This document shows positions 17,140 to 26,100 of a stretch of DNA of 64,000 nucleotides, piece by piece; the stretch's first letter is position 1; the number at the start of each line of letters is the position of its first letter. The translations under genes were made by a program, and so were the position numbers. The DNA comes from Chamaesiphon sp. Its GTDB lineage: Bacteria; Cyanobacteriota; Cyanobacteriia; Cyanobacteriales; Chamaesiphonaceae. The notes beneath the pieces are model-generated. The model saw nothing but the letters and a program-made list of their open reading frames with translations. It was not told the DNA's origin and did not search any database. Location of the stretch: NCBI GenBank assembly GCA_965246715.1, contig CBDFFH010000055.1, positions 32,001-96,000 on the forward strand. Direction: 5' to 3'.

Positions 17140-20100
17140 TTAGAACAGCGTGAAATTATTGCTAGTTAGAGTGGGATTGCCGACTAGTTGGGCGATGCGT
17201 ACTTGGGAAGTTCCATCGATACCATCAGCATCGAAGAATAATCCTCCCGATTGTGAGTTATAGATAAAGCGTTGGCTGGCAGTCGTTGCAAATGAGCCGA
17301 TGCCAAACCGCTCTGCACTTAGCGTACCCACAGGATCGCTACCAAATGCAGCATCGTCTCCAAAACAGCACCGACAGAAAGTTAGCCGATCCTCGCCAGC
17401 TACAAAATCATAAATTTTGTCGATGCCTTCGTTCGGATTATTGAAGCCAAAGGTATCGTTACCCGCACCGCCATAAATCAGATCCACCCCCGCACCGCCG
17501 AAGATGATGTCATTACCCGCACCGCCATAGATGGTGTCGTTGCCGCCATTGCCGAAGATGATATCGTCAGTCGTGAAACCGAATATTCGATCGGCTCCTT
17601 CTGTACCTGATAAGGTGGGTAGGAGATCGTCATTGAGGATCGTCCCCGTCGCACTAGGAGTCACGATCGAAGCATTCACTGCATTGCTGAGATCGAGTTT
17701 GAAGGTTTCATCGGCTTCAAATGTGCGATCGCCAGTCACGCTAATATTGACGATTTTGCTAGTCTCGCCAGGAGCGAAGGTGAGAATGCCTGTTGTAGCG
17801 GTATAGTCGCTCCCGCCTGTCGCGGTACCGTCAGCGGTGGTATATTTCACCGAGACTGTTTTAGTACTAGCTCGATCGAGCGTAATCTGGAAGCCAAAAT
17901 CGGTGACATCGCAGTTATCTTCGGCGAGGGTAACATTACTGATGCTTAGCTTAGGATCGATCGTGTCATCGTTGAGGATCGTACCGACACCAGTACCTTT
18001 ACCGATCGTCGCACCAACGGCGTTGGAGAGGTTGACGTTAAAGATTTCGTCTGACTCAAAATTGGTATCGCCATTAATTTTGATGACAATCGTTTTGCTG
18101 GTTTCGCCAGCAGTAAAGGTGGTAGTACCTGCAATTAGCTCTGATGGGGCAAAGCTGAGAGAGCCAGTTTTGGTGATATAGTCGTTAGTTGCCGTAGCAG
18201 TACGATCGGCAGTGCCATAATCGACAGTAACGAAATCGTCGCTCGCACTACTGAGGGTAACTGTGAAAGTCAGATCTTTAGTGCCGCTATCGCCTTCGAG
18301 GATGCTGACATCATTGATGCTGAGGGTGGGGATGGGATCTTTATCGACGATCGTGACGGTAGCACTACCACCGCCAGAACCGCCAGTGCCACCAGTGCCA
18401 CCACTACCGCCACTACCAGAACCGGAACCGGAACCACTCCCGGAACCGCCACCACTCCCGGAACCGGAACCACCACTACCAGTACCACCAGTACCGATCG
18501 CATAGCCAATATTTGGGCGGAGTGTAACTACACAACTGCGGTAGGCATTGTAGACGTTATTGTTAGCAACGGGAACGCCTAGTGTAGCTGTCGTACTCCC
18601 TGAAGCAAAGGTAATCGAACCCGATCGGGTGCCATAACCCTGGCGGGTGGTAGCATTACCACTGAGATCGAAATCGACTGTCAGGGGATTGCTGGTGTCA
18701 CCAGTACGGGTAAAGGTAAATAAACCTTCACCGATCCCTTCTGTCGATGTGGAATTGGTAGCGACAATGGTAACTACAGGTAGTAGGGGATTGACAACAG
18801 GAGCGATCTCATCATCCGTAATATTGACAGTCCCCAAGCTTATGGTGCCGAGGTTGTAAGTGGCACTAGCAGATAAGTTGAGAACGATAGTCTCAGGAGT
18901 CGCACCTTCATAGCTCGTGTCATCGAGGACATTAACATCGATCGCGGCAGTTGCAGCATTGGCGGCAAATGTCACCGTACCTGTCAAGGATTGATAATCG
19001 CTACCTGCGGTTGCCGTACCGCCGATCGTATAGGTGGCGGTGAGTGTATCGGTAAGACTACCAGTGCGCGTGACTAAGAATCGTCCGTTGTTATTTGGTT
19101 CGCCAGCATCGGCATCGGGGACGCTAACTGTCAGTGTGGGGAGTGCGGGAACTCCAGGGGCAGTATCATCATTGACGATCGTGCCTGTGCCAGTCGCCTT
19201 GCCAATTGTGCCACCAACGGCGTTAGTCAGATTGAGTTTGAATGTTTCATTCGTCTCAATATCGGTGTCACCATTGATTTTGACGATAATAGTTTTGCTG
19301 GTTTCCCCTGGGGTAAAGGTCGTAGTACCGGCAATTAGCTCGGATGGATCAAAACTGAGTGTGCCAGTTTTGGCGAGGTAGTCGCTAATGGCTGTGGCGG
19401 TATTATCTGCCGTACCATAATCGACGGTGACGAAATCGTCGCTGGCATTGCTCAGAGAGACGGTGAAGATTAGATCTTTGGTGCCGCTATCGCCTTCGAG
19501 GATGCTGACATCATCGATGCTGATGACTGGTGCGGTGTCGTTGTCGATAATGTTTACTGTCGCACTACCGCCGCCACCGCCAGCTCCACCGCCACCACCG
19601 CCACCACCGCCACCACCGCCACCGCCACCACCACCAGCTCCACCTCCGCCGATCGAGTAACTACTGCCGCCGCGAAGCGTCACGACGCAACTGCGATAAG
19701 CATTGAAGACGTTATTATTGCCAACCGGAACGCCGAGTGTAGCAGTATTACTGCCAGGAGCGAAAGTAATCGAACCAGAGCGAGTGCCATAGCCTTGACG
19801 GGTAGTGGCATTGCCAGAGAGGTCAAAATCTACTGTCAGAGAGCGATCGGGATTGCCGCCAGTCCGGGTGAATGTAAATAAGCCTTCACCGACACCTTCT
19901 GTCGAGGTGGAGTTGGTAGCAACAATGGTAATTACTGGGAGGGTGTCATCGTTGCGGATGGTACCTGTGGCGGTGACTCGATCGATGCCGCTTGTGTTTT
20001 GGGAATTAGAGAGATTGACAGTGAAAGTTTCATCGCTCTCAAAATCCCGATCGCCATTAACCGCGATATTAATCGTTTTGCTGGTTTCGCCAGGATTGAA

Positions 20101-23100
20101 GGTGACTAAGCCATTTGTGACACCCAGATAATCGGGGTCGAAGTCTGGCGTACCAACGATCGTCGCCGTACCATCGGCAGTATTATAGTTAACCGTCACG
20201 GTTTCGACGGTGGGATTGCTGAGGCTGATATTAAAGCCCAAATTGTTGACGCTAGTGCCTTCTAATTGAGTGGCATCGCTAATCGTCACCGTTGGACGCA
20301 GATCGTTATCGACAATTTTAATCGTGCCAGTATTATTAGCAGGATCGACGCGATAAGTTGCTGGTCGATCGAACTGATGAGTGGAATAATAGCTGCCATC
20401 ATAATAACTATCATCAATTAGCGTGAGGATAGCAGTTTCAGGGCTTGCACCTTCAAAGATATTGTCATCAATAGGTGCCAGCGTGACAGTAGCAGTAGTA
20501 CTGCCAGCCGCAAAAGTTACCGAACCAGGAATCGAGTAGTCAGAGCCATTAGCAGTACCACTGAGGGTATATAAGAAGGTTTTGGCAACACTCTCACCAC
20601 CAACGCGAGTGAATGTAAATTCGCCTGTATTAGCAGGTTGTCCGGCTAGTGTTTCGGCAGCGTTGGCATCGGTGACGGCGAAGCTGATAGTGGGTAGATC
20701 GTCATTAACGATCGTCCCTGTTCCGGTACCTGCGGTCGAGCTAATCGAGCCATTAGTAGCGCCGTTGAGGACGACACCAAAAGTTTCATTGGCTTCAAAA
20801 GTTAGATCGCCATTTATCGCGACATTGACTACTTGGCTGGTTTGTCCGGGTGTGAAGGTGACGAGCTGGTTGGTGACGGCTTGATAATCATTATTAGCTG
20901 TAGTTGCTGCGCCATCTACAGTCGAGAGATTGACTGTCACTGTCTCTGTCGAAGCATTGCTGAGGCTGACGATAAATCCAGCGTTACTACTGCCAGTATT
21001 GCCCTCCGCGACCGCAATATTACCAACTGAAATCGTCGGACGACTATCGTTATCCGCGATCGTGACTATCGCGCTAGCGGCTACGCCAACGGTATAGTCG
21101 GTACCTGAATTTAACGTCAGAATCGCCGTCTCTGGGGTGATGCCTTCAAAGATGCTATCGTCGATAACATTCAAATTGACGAGCGCGGTGTTGCTACCTG
21201 CGGCAAAAGTTGCATTGACTGGAATCGTATAATCCGAGCCGTTAGTAGCTGTGCCAGAGAGGGTGTAATTGACTGTCAATGGTGCCGTAGTCGCACCAGC
21301 ACGGGTAAAGGTAAATTGACCAGCACTGCCACCTTCAGCACCATTTGCGGTGCTAGAGACTGTCACTAGCGCATCGTCATTGACGATCGTGGCAGTTCCC
21401 GTTGCTGTGGTAATACCAGTCGCATTTTGCGGATTGGTGAGATTGACAGTGAAAGTTTCATCTGGTTCGCCTGTCAAATCGCCAATTACGGAGATATTAA
21501 TGGTTTTGGTAGTTTGCCCAGGAGCGAAAGTGACAGTGCCAGTACTAGCCGTATAATCGCTACCAGCAGTAGCAGAACCATTGGCCGTACTGTAGTCTAC
21601 CGTGACTGTTTCGACGCTGGGATTGCTCAGCGTGACGGTAAAGATGGCATTTGTAGTGCCGCTATTACCTTCATTAAGGCTAATGTTATTAATACTAATC
21701 GTAGGACGACTATCGTTATCAGCGATATTAATCATGCCAGTATTATTAGCAGGATCGACGCGATAAGTTGCTGGTCGATCGTACTGATGAGTGGAATAAT
21801 AGCTGCCATCGTAGTAACTATCATCAATCAGCGTCAAAATAGCAGTCTCTGGAGTCGCACCTTCAAAGATGTTATCGTCAGTGGGACTGAGTGTGACTGT
21901 AGCGGTGGTAATGCCTGCGGCAAAAGTTACCGCACCAGGAATCGAGTAGTCAGAGCCATTAGCAGTACCACTGAGGGTATATAAGAAAGTTTTGGCGGCA
22001 CCCTCACCACCCACGCGAGTGAAGGTAAATTCACCTGTATTCACAGGTTGTCCGGCTAGTGTTTCGGCAGCGTTGGCATCGGTGACGGCGACGCTGATAG
22101 TGGGTAGATCGTCATTAACGATCGTCCCTGTTCCGGTACCTGCGATCGAGCTAATCGAGCCATTCGTCGCACTGCTCAGTACTACTCCAAAGGTTTCATT
22201 TGGCTCAAAAGTTAGATCGCCATTTATCGCGACATTTGCAACTTTACTAGTTTGCCCTGGCGTAAAGGTGACGAGCTGGTTAGTTAAGGCTTGATAATCG
22301 TTATTGGCTGTAGTTGCCGTGCCATCTACAGTCGAGAGATTGACAGTGACTGTCTCTACCGAAGCATTGCTGAGGCTGACGATAAATCCAGCGTTACTAC
22401 TGCCAGTATTGCCCTCCGCGATCGAAATATTACTAACTGAAATCGTCGGGCGGCTATCGTTATCGGCGATATTAATGGTACCTGTATTAACACCGATCGC
22501 ATAATTACCACTGGGCGTGAGGGTGAGAATGACAGTTTCGGGAGTCGCACCTTCAAAAATCGTGTCGTCGATAACTGTCAGGTTAACAGATGTAGTAGCG
22601 GCACCTGCGGCGAAGGTGGCAATACCTGTCACGGGTTGATAGTCACTTCCCGCAATCGCAGTACCGCTGAGGGTGTAGGCGACTGCCAATGCGTTAGTTA
22701 GACTACCAGTCCGAGTGAGAGTATAGACACCATTGGCACCACCTTCGGCGGCGTTGGGGTTGGTGACGCTGACGTTGATGCCGTTATCATCATTGAGAAT
22801 CGTTCCTGTGGCGGTGCTGCGAGTAATAGTTGTCGCATTTTTGGCATTGCTGAGGTTGACGGCAAATGTTTCATCACCTTCAACGATAATGTCACCAGTG
22901 ATGGGGACATTGATAACTTGACTGGTTGTGCTTGGGGCAAAGGTGACGGTACCAGTGGCAGTGGTGTAGTCATTACCTGCAACTGTGGCAGTGCCATCAG
23001 ATGTTTTGTAATCGACGGTGACTGTTTCGATGGATGGGTTGCTGAGGGTAACGGTAAATGCGGCGTTACTAGTGCCACTATTACCTTCGACTTTGCTGAC

Positions 23101-26100
23101 ATCAGCGATACTGATTGTGGGGCGACTATCATTGTCGGTAATATCGACGGTAGCAGTAGCACCAAATACATAAGTAGACGGCACATCATAATAGGAAACC
23201 GCATTACCGCCGCTTCCAAATTCAGTAATCACTCGATAACCATTTGACACAACTGTCAAGATCGCCGCCTCAGGGGTAGCACCCTCAAAGATATTATCGT
23301 CAATGACATTGAGATCGACAACCATCGTACTGCTACCAGCAGCGAAGGCGGCTACTCCGGTGACTGAATAATCTTTGTCCTTGGTTGCGGTACCAGTTAG
23401 GGTGTATTGAATGTTAGTTAAAGCAGCGGCATTGGGACCACTGCGAGTCAGGGTGAATTGACCTGGTTTAGCTGTCTCACCAGTCAGTGTTTCTGCTGCA
23501 CTTGCATCATTGGCGACGACGGTAATGGTCGGCACGTCATCATTATTTATCGTACCTATCGCAGTAGCTTTAGCGATCGAACCTTTCGTCGGACTACTCA
23601 GCACCACTCCGAATGTTTCATTATCCTCATATTCAGTGTCGCCATTGACTGCGACATTGACAACTTGACTGGTTGTTCCTGGGGCAAAGGTGATAAGTCG
23701 ATTCGTTAAGGCTTGGTAATCGTTGTTGGCGATGGTTGCTGTACCATCTGTGGTGGAGATCTGAACTGTGACAGCTTCTCCCGTAGCATGGTCGAGCTTG
23801 ACCGTAAATGCGGCATTTTTGGTGCCTGTGTTGCCTTCAGTGATTGCGGGTGCATCGCTAATTGAAATAGTGGGATAGGTATCATCGTTGAGAATCGTCC
23901 CAGTAGCGGTACTGCGAGTAATGCTCGTTACATTTTTGGCATTACTAAGATCGACAGTAAATGTTTCATCACCTTCGACGAGGACATCGCCCTTGACAGG
24001 GACCACGATAGTTTTGCCGAGTATTCCTGGGGCAAAGGTGACAGTCCCAGTTGTTGAGGTATAGTCATTGCCCGCAAGTGTTGCCGTACCATCGGTAGTC
24101 TTGTAATCGACGGTAACTGGTTCTGTAGAGGGGTTGCTTAGAGTAACAGTAAAGTAGGAGTCCATGGTACCGCTATTACCTTCTGTGACACTAGCAGCAT
24201 CGGTGATACTAATTGTCGGACGATTATCGTTGTCGGCAATGGTGACTGTAGCACTATTCGCCGTGCCGACTGCGTATGCATCGCCATATGCACTCGGATA
24301 CAGACTCGGATTGTCATGTGGTGCGATTGTCAGGATCGCAGTCTCTGGAGCAGCACCTTCAAAAATGTTATCATCGTTGACATTGAGATCGATAACTACA
24401 CTACTGACACCAGCGGCAAAGCGGGCTGTAAAGTACGACGATAGTGTGTAGTCTTCATACCTGTCAGATGTACCAGTTATGTTGTATGCAACATCGAGGG
24501 CTTTATCTGTTGGGCCGCTGCGAGTCAGGGTAAATTGACCAGGGTTAGGTGTTTCGCCAGTGAGTGTTTCTGCGGCAATTGCATCGGTGGCGACTATTGT
24601 AATTGTGGGTAGGTCATCATTGCGAATTGTGCCAGTTGATATAATCGTAGTCCCCAATGTGGCATTGGTGGGCGTGCCTAAAGTAACTGTGAAGGTTTCA
24701 TCCGACTCGAATGCTGTATCGCCGTTGATGACGACACTGATATTTTTGCTGGTTTCGCCTGGTTGGAAAGTGAGGGAGCCAATCGTTGTACCGACATAAT
24801 CGCTATTGCTAGTTGTTGCCGTACCATCAGCAGTGGAGTAGGGCACTACAACTGTTTTGGTACTAGGATTGCTTAGTGTGACGGCGAAGTTGGCGATGCT
24901 AGTCCCAGTGTTACCTTCGTTTTGGGAGACGGCTTTGACGATATTGACGATCGGTGGTGTATCGTTGAGAACCGTGCTGTCTGTGTAGCTAAATGCTTTT
25001 GAGGTTAGATCGATCGTCGTATTATCGATACCTCGCAACACGGCGATGAGTTCGGTACCCCGATAGAGAGCGGTACTCGGAGCAGTGACACCACCAATCG
25101 TAGTCGCCGTTACCGAGTAGTCTGTGGCTGCACCGCGCAGTTGGATGACATCTTGGGTAAGACTAAAATCGGTAATTTTGGCGTAATCGCCATTGCCACT
25201 AGTTGCGTAGAAGTCTTTGCCATTAGCAGCGAGGACGAAGATATCGTTATCCGCACCACCCGTGAAGGTATCGATTTCAGCATTCCCAGGGTTCGTGTCG
25301 CTGTTGTTGACACCAATAATGGTGTCATTTCCGGCATTACCATTGATGGTGTCATTTCCTTTACCACCAATTAAAATATCGTTTTGGTTGCCACCAGAAA
25401 TATTATCATTTTGGTTAGTCCCAGTAATATTGACCTTCTCAATATTTGAGTAGATAACGCGATCGTAACCGCTAGCATTCCCAGCATAAAAATCACCAGC
25501 ACCAGTGCCCAAATTCTGGCTATTAACAACTAGTCCAGAAGTATATGCCTTAGCAGAATAATCTAAGACTAAAGTATCGGTACCAGCACCACCATCAACA
25601 CTATCGTACTGATTGATATTGCCATCGCTCGTACCAGGATTGAGAATGTCATCGCCATTTCCACCAGTAATCGTATCTACACCAGCACCACCAGAAATGG
25701 TGTCATTGCCATCGCCACCAGCGAGATTATCATTACCAGTACCCGCAGTAATGGTGTCATTACCCAATCCACCCGTAACAACGTTAGTGCCATCTTTGAC
25801 ATCAATGATATCATTGCCATCACCACCATCGACAGTATCGTTAAAGTTACCAGCAAGGACTGTATCATTGCCACTACCCAACTTAATATTTATAGCCTCA
25901 ATATTAAGTAATTGTGTCCCATTTGACAGGGTATTATTAGCATTACTTAAATCGATAGTAGTAGCAGTTGTGGTACTCGCAATATCTACGACAGCTGTAT
26001 CATTACCACTGCCACCATCGATCGTATCTACGCCAGTATGCCCATCGAGCGTATCATTACCCGCACCACCGATTAAAATATCATTAGAATTACCGCCAGA

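Noticed and set aside
20330..21835. DGR-type mutagenesis as the source of the variable loops
   Set aside because: The duplicated Tyr-rich loops differ by one residue, the other loops differ by length, and no RT or template repeat is visible.
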